A stretch of DNA of 64,000 nt from an uncultured delta proteobacterium (GCA_963792965.1 CAWBYW010000025.1:11843-75842), one strand, 5' to 3'. Positions 31,692 to 42,611 are shown, counted from the first letter of the stretch. Numbers and translations: made by a program. Notes: a model not told the origin generated them from the letters alone.

Positions 31692-31728
31692 AAGTAAATT
31701 AGTTACTATGCTATTAACTTATTTACTT
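31692..31728. promoter_or_regulatory. Inverted repeat, probable TetR operator
   Basis: aagtaaattagtta-N9-taacttatttactt (13/14 symmetric), 2 bp from the TetR start codon. Confidence 0.65.
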
Positions 31729-31789
31729 CATTTCTCTGCTACTGTCAAGGAAATTCGAAAGGTCGAATGAATCGATCGCGATTTTGAGA

Positions 31790-32185
31790 CTATTGTGCGA
31801 AGTGGCTCTTATGGTTCGGTTTGATTCCCGACGCGCCGACGTGCAACAGGACCCCGATCGCAAAGCCTGAAACAGCACCGGTGATCAGCCGTGCCGGATT
31901 GCCGGCGTCAACATCAAACAACAGCTCGGCGCATGCCTCTATGCCCGTTACCAGCGACAACAGGACGAAGGCCACAAGTCTTTTGTTCTGATGAATATCG
32001 GTAAGCCTCAGAAAGTGATTTGCGATGATGCCGATGAGGATGAACGAATAGATCCCCGAGCACCGGCAGCAGAGCGGCAGGTCAATCCCGAAGATCCGGC
32101 TCCGCTCGGGCAGGTGGTGGCAAATGGGGAGGGAATGGATGAACTCCCACAAGCACGACGTTAGCTTTGCGGCGTAAATCGGCAT
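31790..32185 (-). CDS. DUF2085-like membrane protein
   Basis: ICHHLPERS..LPLCCRCSGIY..RLITG. Confidence 0.7.
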   Translation of the reverse strand: MPIYAAKLTSCLWEFIHSLPICHHLPERSRIFGIDLPLCCRCSGIYSFILIGIIANHFLRLTDIHQNKRLVAFVLLSLVTGIEACAELLFDVDAGNPARLITGAVSGFAIGVLLHVGASGIKPNHKSHFAQ

Positions 32186-32361
32186 TCGTGCACGAAATAG
32201 TAGCTTGACACGTATTATAGAAACATGTATATAGACTTGTAATAGGCTTTCTGTATCTCACTATACTCGCCAATCAACCGGTTTTCCACATATTTCTTCA
32301 CGGCGGTGTTCCCACTATTTTTTACTGGCCTGACCGCCGACGATAATTAAAGGGGTAAAAA

Positions 32362-33231
32362 ATGAAACGAACGCAGGCATTAGTTGCGGTGCTTGTCATG
32401 GCGCTTTTAGTCATGATTCCTGCGGTGGTATACGGCCAGACCGCCGAGGAATGGTATAAAATTGCAAAGGATTCTGCTGCATCCAAGGATTATGCCAAGG
32501 CGGTTGAATGCTTTAGCAAGGCCATCGAGCTCAACCCGAATTATTTCGAAGCCTATAACTACCGGGGAAACGCTTATAAGAATCTTGGCAAATACGATCT
32601 GGCGATGGCTGACTACAACAGGGCCATAGAGATCGACCCGAAGGATGCGCGACCCTATAACAACCGGGGATCCGTCTATCGCAAGATGGGTAATGAGGAC
32701 CTGGCGATCGCCGACTTCAACAGAGCCATCGAGATCGGCGGCGAAGTAATCGCCCGCTACACCGGGGCCGTTAAACCTGACCAGAAGCTTGCGGCTGCCT
32801 CCATTGCCCGGGGTACCGCCTATACGAATCTCGGTAAGTACGACCTGGCGATCGCCGACTACACCAAGGCCATTGAGATCGACCCGAAGGATGAAGACTA
32901 CTACTATCTCAGGGGTAGTGCCTATGTGAGTCTGGGTAAATACGACCGTGCGATCGTCGACTTTACCAGCGCCATCGATCTCATACCGAATGCTGAGGGC
33001 GCCTACTTAATGCGTGGTTTTGCATATACGTCTCAAGGCAACTACGACCCGGCGATCGCCGACTGCACCAAGGCCATCGATCTCGACCCGACGGATACCA
33101 AAGCCTACTCTATCCGGGGTAAAGCTTATTACAATTTAGGAAAACTTAATGAGGCCTCCTCGGATTTAGAGAAAGGCTGTAACTTGGGGGACCAGGATTG
33201 CTGCAAAAAATACAAACAGTTAAACCCATAG
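32362..33231 (+). CDS. Exported TPR-repeat protein
   Basis: Signal peptide; repeated AY.NRG.AY..LG.YD.AIADY.KAIEIDP units. Confidence 0.92.
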   Translation: MKRTQALVAVLVMALLVMIPAVVYGQTAEEWYKIAKDSAASKDYAKAVECFSKAIELNPNYFEAYNYRGNAYKNLGKYDLAMADYNRAIEIDPKDARPYNNRGSVYRKMGNEDLAIADFNRAIEIGGEVIARYTGAVKPDQKLAAASIARGTAYTNLGKYDLAIADYTKAIEIDPKDEDYYYLRGSAYVSLGKYDRAIVDFTSAIDLIPNAEGAYLMRGFAYTSQGNYDPAIADCTKAIDLDPTDTKAYSIRGKAYYNLGKLNEASSDLEKGCNLGDQDCCKKYKQLNP

Positions 33232-33373
33232 GTACCGTCTTTTAGAAACGGTACAAAGAACAGGTCTTCCAAAATGACCGTATCTTTTCACGGCATATAG
33301 GGCAATCTATGGCACAATACCGGCACGGAAGGCGTATTCAACAACGCACCGGCTCAACGAATGCTATGATCCC

Positions 33374-33400
33374 GTAGGGCGGCCCGCGTGACGCCTCTGC
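33374..33400 (+). repeat. GTAG-type REP-like element (degenerate)
   Basis: atgatccc-gtagggcggcccgcgtgacgcctct; same lead-in as the copy at 34508. Confidence 0.5.
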
Positions 33401-33516
33401 ACGAACAAACACAACGCGGGATTGTCCACCCCGGCCGTACCGGTGCTTGATATGGGGGATCCCTTTGTGGTTTTTTTCTCGATTCAGTATTTATTAACTT
33501 TTAGAAGGAATTGCAG

Positions 33517-34203
33517 ATGATGAAAGAAACGAATAAGGGAATACTTATTGTGCTTTTTGCCGTCTTGATTACGGCGCTCTATCTCCTGTCGTGCGCGACG
33601 CCCGCAACGGTCAGCGTACCTGCCGACCCGAGGATATTTCAAGATAATTCGTCTGTTATAACGGTTTTTAGTTCGTTTGCCGCTCCCGGTCCCATCCCAA
33701 GTAAGGCTTATTACCTGGCATCGGGCAACCAAAACGTCCCCGATACTGATTTGGAATTTCAGACGTATGCCAGATACATCGAGAATGCCCTATCTCAAAA
33801 AGGGTACGTCCGCACATACGACGTGAAGAACGCGGACATTCTTGTCAGTTTGGCCTATGGAATTGGAGACCCGACGACAAGCACCAGTACTATGGTAACA
33901 AGTAATGGGTATGGGTATTATACCGGATACTTCTGGTATTACACGCCTCCCACAACGACAACGGAAACATCAACGACTTATAAGAGGAACTTAATAGTGG
34001 AGGCGTACGACCTGAAGGACCCGAAAAATAAGTCGCAGCTCTGGAAAACCACCGCAACAAGTGTAGGGACGTCTAGTGATTTGCGCAGCGTCCTTGCATA
34101 TATGGTTACGGCTGCGGGTCCATATTTCGGCACGAGCACCGTAACGCAGCAAACCGTCGCAATCTACGGGACCAACCCGGGACTCCTGGATATCTTGAAA
34201 TGA
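33517..34203 (+). CDS. Lipoprotein (DUF4136-like)
   Basis: Lipobox LLSC; L..KGYV..ADILV..YG; Tyr-rich loop. Confidence 0.7.
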   Translation: MMKETNKGILIVLFAVLITALYLLSCATPATVSVPADPRIFQDNSSVITVFSSFAAPGPIPSKAYYLASGNQNVPDTDLEFQTYARYIENALSQKGYVRTYDVKNADILVSLAYGIGDPTTSTSTMVTSNGYGYYTGYFWYYTPPTTTTETSTTYKRNLIVEAYDLKDPKNKSQLWKTTATSVGTSSDLRSVLAYMVTAAGPYFGTSTVTQQTVAIYGTNPGLLDILK

Positions 34204-34507
34204 TACTTGAGAAACGATAGCTCGGGTCTCTCTCGAGGGAGTGAACAGGAATCGAGGTTACGCTATTCGCGGTTTGTTTCTGCGAGTGTCCTAAAAAACG
34301 AGTACCGTGAAACGTGGGGCTAACCCTTCTCCGTTTTTGAATTGTGTCTAACTTTCATGTGAATTGACGTCTCAAGAAAAACAGCCGCCCGCGATGGGCG
34401 GCTGTTCGGACTGCCGGCAAACCTGTTTCTATTCCTTTCCAATAATAACCTGAATTCCGTCATTACGGAGATCGTCCCGCCGCAACCACGATAACGGCCA
34501 TGATCCC

Positions 34508-34535
34508 GTAGGGGCGGCTCGCGAACCACCCCTGC
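34508..34535 (+). repeat. GTAG-type REP-like element
   Basis: gtaggggcggctcgcgaaccacccct imperfect hairpin. Confidence 0.6.
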
Positions 34536-34582
34536 GCATCTTAATATAAAATGGAGTGACGGGCCGCGGAGGCGCGAAGTTA

Positions 34583-35030
34583 CTATGCGTATCGGGGCAG
34601 GTCCTTGGTCTCCTCATAGTAGGCCTCGACGCCGATCTCCTTCATACGGCTGTTCATCTTGATCCACCGCTCCTTCAGGTTCGGGTCGAAATTGGACTTT
34701 TTCGCACGGAAACTCGCCGCACGAAAAGCAGAAGTCTACGCCTTTTGCCCGGGAGCAGGGGCCGACGCCGCAGTTCGGGAAGAGACAATCTCCGGATCGG
34801 CACCCGCGGCAACTCCCTCCGGCAAAATGGGCCAACAGGTCCTTGAAGGCTCCGTAGCCGGAGAAAACGGGCGCGAATTTCGAGAAACGCACGGCATAGG
34901 TATCGAAGCCGCCCAATAACCGCCTCAATTCCGCCGCATGTCGCTTAATGTCACCCTCGGCAAACGCCATGCACTTTGCACAGTTGAGCCCGCAGGGGGC
35001 AAGGATTTTCTTGATTTCATCGTAGGTCAT
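34583..35030 (-). CDS. DUF3795-like Cys-rich protein, frameshifted
   Basis: APCGLNCAKC, CRGCR, FCFSCGEFPC; shifted frame continues ..KERWIKMN..DLPRYA*. Confidence 0.8.
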
Positions 35031-35128
35031 ATCACCAACCTCGGGAAATGAACGGGGGCCGATGCGGCCCCCCTTCTTACTGACATCGATACCGGACTAT
35101 GCCGGCAGGAATCAATGCCTGCCGCCGG

Positions 35129-35311
35129 TCATATTCCCTTCATGGATGTGGCGATTGCATAAAGAAGTGCAGAAATGAGGAGCAGCCACACGCCGACGCC
35201 GGCAAAGGGCAAGACTACCCCAAGTCGCGGCAGGATGACAAGGATCGCGCCGACGATGAGAAGGATCAGCCCGATCCACCAGGTTGCTTTCTTAGGTGCG
35301 CTTAATTTCAT
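35129..35311 (-). CDS. Small membrane protein
   Basis: MKLSAPKKATWWIG.. two TMs; GGAGG RBS. Confidence 0.75.
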   Translation of the reverse strand: MKLSAPKKATWWIGLILLIVGAILVILPRLGVVLPFAGVGVWLLLISALLYAIATSMKGI

Positions 35312-35395
35312 GGGAAACCTCCATAAAAAAATTAAGAATACAACGACATGACGGATCATGTCCCGGGATATCGGGCCGTATCGGGTCCAGCCCGA

Positions 35396-35752
35396 CTAAA
35401 AGCCCTCTTGCGCCTTTTTCTCCCGCAGATGCTTAGTCAACAAATAGATGCAAATTACGATGACGACGATATCCACCAGAACGTGAAAGATGATAAACGG
35501 CGTAGATTGTCTGAAGACGAACCTGAGAATCCCGAGCACCCCCCCGACCGACGGCAGTATCACCCCAAGCCAGAGCGCCCACCTCTTCCTGAAGACCAGG
35601 AAGAGACCGACGAAGAGGTAGATAACGCCGAATCCCGCGGCGCCGAGCACATGCGCCTCGGTCCCATAGACGAAGAGTTGTGCGACATGGGTGACGGCCG
35701 AGATCAACAGGAGAACACCCGCCGATAGGTAGAGCCTTTCACTTTGACTCAT
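35396..35752 (-). CDS. Four-TM hypothetical protein
   Basis: Four hydrophobic segments; GGAGG RBS. Confidence 0.7.
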   Translation of the reverse strand: MSQSERLYLSAGVLLLISAVTHVAQLFVYGTEAHVLGAAGFGVIYLFVGLFLVFRKRWALWLGVILPSVGGVLGILRFVFRQSTPFIIFHVLVDIVVIVICIYLLTKHLREKKAQEGF

Positions 35753-35931
35753 GACTATCCCTCCCATCAATCCTCTTATATTCTTTTATAGAGGACAATT
35801 GAAGAAAATGCAAGGAGTTTTAACAGGCACGCCGGCCACTTCCCGGAGTGCCGTAGGATGGAAAGAAACCATAAAGGACGTTTACAGACGAAAGGAGTTA
35901 TGGTATACTTCTCTTGTTAAAAGGAGAAACC

Positions 35932-36247
35932 ATGCAAACGCTCTTTGCGTTTTTTTTTATTGCCATACTCTTCGTTCTCTTCATCTCTTTCTTCCTCGAT
36001 CGTCCTCGGGGCTTCGTTCGTGTTGAGGCTCGCGAGGTTCTTCCTTTCCCCCTTTAAAGCCCGGAAACGGCAAGAGGACACTCAGATCATGGGGACGGAC
36101 GGACTGCCCGTGACCGACGTCATGGTCAAGGACCCCGCGTGCGGCACGTATCTCCCACAAAAAGACGCGATACGCGCGACCGTCCGGGGCCGGACCCTCT
36201 ATTTTTGCAGCATACAATGCCTTTCTGATTACCGAAAAAGCTCGTGA
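35932..36247 (+). CDS. YHS/TRASH-domain membrane protein, frameshifted N-terminus
   Basis: MVKDPACGTYL..YFCS..C; AAGGAG RBS before ATG 35932. Confidence 0.75.
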
Positions 36248-36260
36248 GGCCGCGCGACCC

Positions 36261-37133
36261 ATGATATGGCTCTCCTTGACCCTCGTCTCGGCCCTCGCGA
36301 TGACGCTTCAGGATGTCTTTTCCAAGAAAATCGCCGATTCCACCGGCACTCTGCTCGTCGCGTGGGTGAGGTGGCTATCCTCCGTCCCTTTTCTCTTGCT
36401 CTGCCTTCCCTTCATCACCGTCCCGCCCCTTTCGGCCGAGTTTTACGTCGTCACGGGTATTCTGGTCCCCCTCGACGTTTTTGCCCTCGTCCTCTATATG
36501 AAGGCGATACGCATCTCGCCCCTCAACGTGACGCTGCCCTTCCTTTCGCTGACCCCGATCCTTATGATCCTGACGGGCTATCTCTTCCTCGGCGAGACCC
36601 TCAAGCCGGGGCAGATCTTCGGGATCGTCCTCATCACGGCGGGGGCATACCTCATCAACATTCACACGATTAAGGACGGTATCCTGCAGCCGATACTCTC
36701 GATCTCAAAGGAGAAGGGATCGCTCCTCATGATCATCGTCGCGGTGATCTACGGCGTCACGGGGACGCTCGGCAAGAAGGCGGTCGTCTTGAGCAACCCC
36801 CTCTTCTTCGGGCTCTCCTACACGGCGCTTCTCTCGATCATGATGGCGCCGATGGTCTTCTACCTCGGGCCGTCCCCGAAAGTCTCCGCGGGGCGCATAC
36901 GGCGAAGCCTCTTCATCATCGTCCTGCTCGGCCTCGTGGGAGCGGTGAACGTCGTAACCCACTTCTTTGCGATACGGCTCGTTGAGGCGGCATCTATGGT
37001 GGCGGTAAAGAGGACAAGCCTGCTGTTCGGGATACTCTTCGGCCGCTTCCTCTTCGACGAACCGCACTTCAAAGCCCGGTTAGGCGGGGCCGTTCTGATG
37101 ATGGCGGGGGTGGTAATCATCTACCTCTTCTGA
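36261..37133 (+). CDS. EamA/DMT family transporter
   Basis: About 10 TMs; LFLGE..GI.LI..G. Confidence 0.9.
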   Translation: MIWLSLTLVSALAMTLQDVFSKKIADSTGTLLVAWVRWLSSVPFLLLCLPFITVPPLSAEFYVVTGILVPLDVFALVLYMKAIRISPLNVTLPFLSLTPILMILTGYLFLGETLKPGQIFGIVLITAGAYLINIHTIKDGILQPILSISKEKGSLLMIIVAVIYGVTGTLGKKAVVLSNPLFFGLSYTALLSIMMAPMVFYLGPSPKVSAGRIRRSLFIIVLLGLVGAVNVVTHFFAIRLVEAASMVAVKRTSLLFGILFGRFLFDEPHFKARLGGAVLMMAGVVIIYLF

Positions 37134-37381
37134 TACGCATCGATCCGCCAGCGGACCGTCGGCCGGCGGGATTCTCTTGACGATGCGACTTTGAGCGGCC
37201 TGAATCAGTCCCTCCGTTCCTTCCGATGAATAGCTCGTTAGAAAGATAGTGGAGATACGTGTCTTGCCAACATCCTTATCATCATATATACTATACATAT
37301 AGGTTATCTTAACTCCACCCGAGACACGTATCGCGGCGGGACAATGATACGTTCCGGCTGCATCGTATATGTGAGCATCGT

Positions 37382-38236
37382 ATGAAAGAAAACAGCCCAA
37401 GCGCGACGGCACTTCGAGTCGCAATGCGCCGCGCCGCACACCAGATCATGGATGAGCCCACGGTATTCTCAGACCCCCTTATCTTCCGCATTCTCGGTAC
37501 AGAGGATGTCTCCGCGTCCCGGTCTGATCCGGCTTGGTCGGGAGAGACTCCGCTCTCCCGTGGGCTTCGGGCATTCCTGGCCGCGCGAAGTCGATACGCC
37601 GAAGACGAGCTCCACGCATCCGTTTCGCGAGGCGTTGGCCAATATGTCGTTCTCGGCGCAGGTCTTGACACGTTCGGCTGTCGGAACCCATACCCCGAGG
37701 GTGTCCTCCATGTCTTCGAGGTGGACCATCCGGCTACCCAGACATGGAAGCGCGCGCGCCTCAGGCAAGTCGGCATTCCGATCCCTCGCACACTCACCTT
37801 CTCGCCTGTTGATTTCGAGACCGGGACGATTGAGGAAGCCTTGAGGGAAACGGGATTTGACTCAGACATTCGTACATTCTTTTCGTGGCTCGGGGTGACC
37901 CAGTATCTGACGATCGGCGCGGTCACTGCCACGTTGCGATTCGTGGCGTCCATGCCGGCGGGCAGCGCAATAGTCTTCGATTACACGATCTCACCTTCTT
38001 TGCTGAATCCGACGGCACGCCTCGTTTTTGACAGCCTTGCACGGCGCGTGGCGGCGGCGGGGGAGCCCTTTCAGACCTCGTTTGATCCTGCCTCACTGAT
38101 GAGCGGTCTGAAGACGATGGGCTTTAACCGGACCGAGGACGTAGCACCGGAAGAAATGAACGCCCGATACTTTCAGGGACGAGCGGACAGGCTGAGAGTC
38201 GGCGGATTCACCCACGTAATGAACGCGCGCGTCTGA
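37382..38236 (+). CDS. SAM-dependent methyltransferase (leucine carboxyl methyltransferase-like)
   Basis: QYVVLGAGLDT, FEVDHPATQ, SWLGVTQYL. Confidence 0.9.
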   Translation: MKENSPSATALRVAMRRAAHQIMDEPTVFSDPLIFRILGTEDVSASRSDPAWSGETPLSRGLRAFLAARSRYAEDELHASVSRGVGQYVVLGAGLDTFGCRNPYPEGVLHVFEVDHPATQTWKRARLRQVGIPIPRTLTFSPVDFETGTIEEALRETGFDSDIRTFFSWLGVTQYLTIGAVTATLRFVASMPAGSAIVFDYTISPSLLNPTARLVFDSLARRVAAAGEPFQTSFDPASLMSGLKTMGFNRTEDVAPEEMNARYFQGRADRLRVGGFTHVMNARV

Positions 38237-38314
38237 GCACGAGGCGCGTCGTCGCATCCATCGTTGACGGCTCGCCCCCCACATGGTAGGATAGTGACAT
38301 ACGCGTGGAGGAAA

Positions 38315-39477
38315 ATGATGTCAGGCGCCGAAGTATCGATCATTCGCTGTGACGACTACGAAACCGAACAGGTCTATCGAAAAACCAAGGAGGCCCTCGA
38401 CCTTCTGGGCGGAATCGGCACGTTCATTTCCCGAGGCGATCGGGTCCTCATCAAGCCGAACGTCCTGTCCGCACGGACGCCGGACAAAGCCGTCCTTACG
38501 CACCCCGCCGTGCTTGAGGCGGCGGTTCGGCTCGTCCTGGAGGCCGGAGGGGTGCCTCTCGTCGGCGACAGCCCCAGCATCGGGGGCATCGAGGGGTGCG
38601 CCGAGAAGGGAGGATTTGCTCCGATCCTCAAGAAATACAATGTGCCTCTGCTCAAGTGCGAGGAGGTCGCAGTAGTCAAGAACCCCGACGGTGCCTTTAA
38701 AACCTTCGAAGTGGCAAAGGACGCGCTGGAGGTCGACAAGATCGTTAACCTCCCCAAGCTCAAGACCCACGGTCAAATGGTCATGACCATGGCGGTCAAG
38801 AACACCTTCGGGCTCGTACCCGGGGCGCGCAAAACCCAGTGGCATCTGAGGATCGGCAATAGCCCGGCTCATTTCGCCCGGATGCTCGTCGACCTGCACT
38901 ACCTGATGCGGCCCTGTCTCTCCATCATGGATGGGATAACGGGGATGGAAGGCAACGGACCCGGCAGCGGAGACCCGGTGGACCTCGGCCTGATCATCGC
39001 CGGAAACGACGCTTCCGCCATCGATACCGTGGCCTGTCGGATCGTGGGGTTGGCTGAGTCATTGCTCTATACCCTCGTCGAGGCCGATAAGGCAAAACTC
39101 GGTGTGACGGATCTCTCGGAAATCGAGGTTCGAGGTTTGCGGATCGAGGACGTATCGGTGGAGGGCTTTACGTTTCCCCCGACCGGCCCCGTCATGGCGG
39201 GTATGCCCGCGGTCATTACCCGCATCGCCCGCAGGGCGCTCACCCCCCGTCCCATCATCATCCCCGAGCTCTGCGTTACGTGCGGACGCTGCGAAAAGGT
39301 CTGCCCCGCCCGGGCGATCGCCGGGCCGCCCCCTCGCTCAGAAGGAGGGCGCAAAAAAATCCGGGACGGATGACCATCGATTACAACCGGTGCATCCGCT
39401 GCTTCTGCTGCCAGGAGATCTGCCCGGAAGGTGCCGTCAATATCAGGACGGGGTGGTTTATCAGGAACAAGACCTAA
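38315..39477 (+). CDS. DUF362 protein with C-terminal 2x[4Fe-4S] domain, frameshifted
   Basis: LIKPN, THP, NLPKLKTH, MEGNGP; CVTCGRCEKVCP and CIRCFCCQEICP. Confidence 0.88.
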
Positions 39478-39583
39478 GGGAATTGGCTGGGTCGGCCGCT
39501 CGAGGCTGGGATGGCTTCTTTCGCCCGGCAGGAGTCCGCAGATATCTCGCCCGAGCGATGACACGAACGGCGCCGGGAGCCCA

Positions 39584-40332
39584 TCAGGCCTTCGTTCCTA
39601 TCCCCCAGAAGATCGGCATGAAAACCAGGCGCGTGCCCTTTTTGCACGCTTCCCTCTCCTTTTCGACAATCCTCTCGATGTCGTGTGCCGTCCCTGAAAG
39701 GAAGTAGCGCAGGGAGTCCGCGTAGCTCTCAAAATCCGCTGACCACTCTCCCTCCCAGATCGACGGCATCACGCCAACCTCGACCGATCGAAACCCCACC
39801 CCCATAAGGAATCGCTTCAGTTTCCTGCCGAAAAAGGGATCGCCTCCGCCCCTCGTGATCGCCTCGGCCCAGAGGGGACCCAGCGCGAGGTCGGACGGCT
39901 CATCGATCCTGCCGCCGTAATCCGGCTCACCCGTGGCCAGGACGACCCCGCCCGGCGCGAGCACACGGAACGCCTCCCGCAGCGCCCGATCCGGTGTTCT
40001 TGCCCACATCAGCGTGAAGCTCGTTATCACCGCGTCAAACTCGCCCTTTTTGAACGGGAGCCTCTCGAAATCGGCGACCCTAAACTCGATCTCCGGGTGG
40101 CCTGCGCGCGCCCGCTCGATCATTGGAACGGGAGATTATCGATCCCCAGCACGGTCCCGGTCGTCCGCTCGGCGATCTCGGCCGTGAGGTATCCATCGGC
40201 GCACCCTGCGTCGAGGATTTGTTTTCGCGCCATCAGGCCGACCTTTCGCAAGAGTTGGATGCGCATCGGCCTTGTCCAGCGCGCCTGGAGGCGAAGGTAG
40301 GCAAGCTCTCGCTCAATATTGTACGGTTTCAT
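39584..40332 (-). CDS. Class I SAM methyltransferase, frameshifted
   Basis: ILDAGCADG..GID; ADFERLPF..FD..RVLAPGG. Confidence 0.85.
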
Positions 40333-40432
40333 GCCCCTATCATTTCCGTTTTTGGAGCCCCTGTCAACCCTTTTCCCTTTGACAGCGAGCCGCTTTTTTG
40401 CGATAGTATAGTTGAGGAGATTTCAAAAGCCT

Positions 40433-40759
40433 ATGATCGATTATGAAGAGTTCACCTCGGTGGACATGCGGGTGGGGACGATCATATCGGCGCGCCTCAA
40501 TGAGCAGGCGCGTAAACCCGCCTACACCCTCGAGATCGACTTCGGGGAGCTGGGCAGGCGGTTGTCGAGCGCACAGATCACCAGGCTCTACAGTGCGCAT
40601 GAGCTCGAGGGACGACAAGTAATCTGCGTCATCAACTTCCCGCCCAAGATCGTGGCGGGGGTGCGCTCTGAGGTGCTGGTGCTGGGGGTCGACAGCTTTT
40701 CGGGGGTGGTCTTGCTCGCTCCTGAGCGGCGGGTGGCTAACGGTCAGAGGGTCTACTGA
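40433..40759 (+). CDS. csaA: CsaA-like tRNA-binding protein
   Basis: DMRVGTI, KPAY.LEIDFG, SSAQIT, VINFPPK, SEVLVLG. Confidence 0.9.
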   Translation: MIDYEEFTSVDMRVGTIISARLNEQARKPAYTLEIDFGELGRRLSSAQITRLYSAHELEGRQVICVINFPPKIVAGVRSEVLVLGVDSFSGVVLLAPERRVANGQRVY

Positions 40760-40800
40760 CAAAAGGAACGACGTGGCTATACGTCTACGGATATATCTCA

Positions 40801-40829
40801 TAAAAAAGCCGCGACACGCGGCTTTTTTA
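40801..40829. terminator. Bidirectional intrinsic terminator
   Basis: aaaaaagccgcg-aca-cgcggctttttt between convergent genes. Confidence 0.8.
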
Positions 40830-40874
40830 ATAACATAGGTTCCCACCGGAGCTCTGCCCCGAAGGTACTATTCA

Positions 40875-40900
40875 GCGGGCGGCATATATGCCGCCCCTAC
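40875..40900 (-). repeat. GTAG-type REP-like element
   Basis: Minus strand gtaggggcggcatatatgccgccc. Confidence 0.6.
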
Positions 40901-40934
40901 GAAGCGTTATCCTGTTCCTACTTCTTCTCCTGTC

Positions 40935-41006
40935 GGGGTCCCCGTGAAATCGAAGATTTCACGGGGTGACCGTGGGGCCCCCGAAAATGCTTGCATTTTT
41001 GGGGGG
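40935..41006 (+). repeat. Two tandem GGGGYCCCC-hairpin repeats
   Basis: ggggtccccgtgaaatcgaagatttcacggggtga followed by ggggcccccgaaaatgcttgcatttttgggg. Confidence 0.85.
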
Positions 41007-41212
41007 CTTACCCCCCAAGGAGAGGTTTTCGCCTTTTCCAGGCTTATCCGCTCCTTCTCCTTCTCTTCGACGGGCCCCACGCGAACCTGTTCGCGTGGGT
41101 GTCGCTTTTTTGTGAGAGAAGCTTTTTGGGGAGCTATGCCCTGAACGTGGGATCGGTGGACGGTATACATGTCCCCGCAGAAGGTGGCCTTGTTCTTCCT
41201 TCTGCTCCCACC

Positions 41213-41246
41213 GGGGTCCCCAAAAATGCTTGCATTTTTGGGGTGG
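41213..41246 (+). repeat. GGGGYCCCC-hairpin repeat abutting the radical SAM stop codon
   Basis: ggggtccccaaaaatgcttgcatttttggggtgg. Confidence 0.85.
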
Positions 41247-42608
41247 TCAGGGGTTGCTCATACTGTCCGGACAGGTATAGGTGCCCTTTTGCAGCTCCAG
41301 CGGGCAGCCGCCGCCGCAGACGTCGAGCTTCTCGCAGATCTTGCACTTCTCCATGACGTAGTCCCGTCCCCTGAGCGAAAGGAGGAGCGGGTTGTTCCAA
41401 ATCGTCTTCCAGTCGTCCTTCAGGATGTTCCCCACCGGCTGGAAGTAGCTCTGGCACGGCAGCACCGTGCCGTCGGGCTCAATGAGCATGTTGAACTTGC
41501 CCGCGGTGCACTGCTTGATCCCGACGGACAGGTCCATTGGGTCGAGCTTGCAGTACTGGGTCGGGGTATACCAGATGAAGCGCAGGTTGTTGCGGGCGGC
41601 CGCCTCGGTAACCTCGTGGAGCGCTTTTTCGAGCTCCTTCTCGCTGACCGCCTGCGAGCCGGACTTTGCGCCGCCGGTAAAGATGATGCTGTTCATCGCA
41701 AAGGCGTTGACGCCGAGCGTCGCGATGAAATCGACGGTCTTTCCCACCGTCTTGATGTTGTCGCGTGTGATAGTCGTATTCGTGATGGTATAGAGAGCCG
41801 TCTTTGCGGCGTTTTTAATCCCCTGGACGGTCTGGTCCCATGCGTCGGCGCAGACCATCTTGTTATGGATCTTCTTGTCGGCCGACTCAAGCGTGATCTG
41901 GAAATAGTCGATCCCCTCATCGACAAGCGTCTTCAGGTAGGCCGCGTCGGCAAGCCTCCTCCCGTTGGTAAGAAGGCCCGAGACCATCCCGATGTCCTGG
42001 GTGAGGGCGACCAGCTCCGGCAGGTCGTCGCGCAGCGTCGCCTCGCCGCCGGTAAAAGAGACGTGGTAAATGCCGATATCCCAGAGGCGCCTGATGACCT
42101 TCTTCCATGCCGCGGTGTCCATCTCGGTTACCTTACGGTCCTTGCCCACGTAGCAGTGGCCGCAGCCGTTGTCGCACCGGTACGTGAGGGCAAGGTCCAT
42201 CCGGTACGGGGCGGACACGGGCGTGGCGAAGGGCTCGATACGGGAGATATCAAGATACGACACCGGACACACGTCATCGGTCTTGGTGAGGCACTCGATA
42301 ATTTCCACAAGCTTGTCGTAGTCGGCCGCGGCGGTCTTCTTATTGACGCGATAGCGCCGCGTGACCGTCTTGATGATCTCGTCTTTGTCCTTGCCCTCGA
42401 TGATGAGCTTGGCGAGCTCGGCGGCCGTGGGGTTGAGGTGGAGGATCTTTGAGGCGTTGATGGAGAGGATCGCCGTCCCCCCCTCTTCCACCCTCAGGTG
42501 GAGCCGGTAGTTGTTGCCGTTCTCGTCGGTGGTCCGGCGATGGTGAATGCCGGCCCCGAGGGGTTTTTCCTTGGTGAAGAGTTTTTTGATCGGCTCGATT
42601 ACGTTCAT
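41247..42608 (-). CDS. Radical SAM/SPASM protein with N-terminal PqqD/RRE-like domain
   Basis: LHLNPTAAELAKLIIEG..EII..RRY (PqqD-like); CDNGCGHC; FTGGE; SPASM CTAG..DGTVLPC..CKIC..CGGGC. Confidence 0.92.
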   Translation of the reverse strand: MNVIEPIKKLFTKEKPLGAGIHHRRTTDENGNNYRLHLRVEEGGTAILSINASKILHLNPTAAELAKLIIEGKDKDEIIKTVTRRYRVNKKTAAADYDKLVEIIECLTKTDDVCPVSYLDISRIEPFATPVSAPYRMDLALTYRCDNGCGHCYVGKDRKVTEMDTAAWKKVIRRLWDIGIYHVSFTGGEATLRDDLPELVALTQDIGMVSGLLTNGRRLADAAYLKTLVDEGIDYFQITLESADKKIHNKMVCADAWDQTVQGIKNAAKTALYTITNTTITRDNIKTVGKTVDFIATLGVNAFAMNSIIFTGGAKSGSQAVSEKELEKALHEVTEAAARNNLRFIWYTPTQYCKLDPMDLSVGIKQCTAGKFNMLIEPDGTVLPCQSYFQPVGNILKDDWKTIWNNPLLLSLRGRDYVMEKCKICEKLDVCGGGCPLELQKGTYTCPDSMSNP

Positions 42609-42611
42609 TTT

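Noticed and set aside
40935-41246. Hairpin repeats as a CRISPR array
   Set aside because: Units differ internally, spacing is irregular, copies are dispersed in both orientations, and no cas genes are present.
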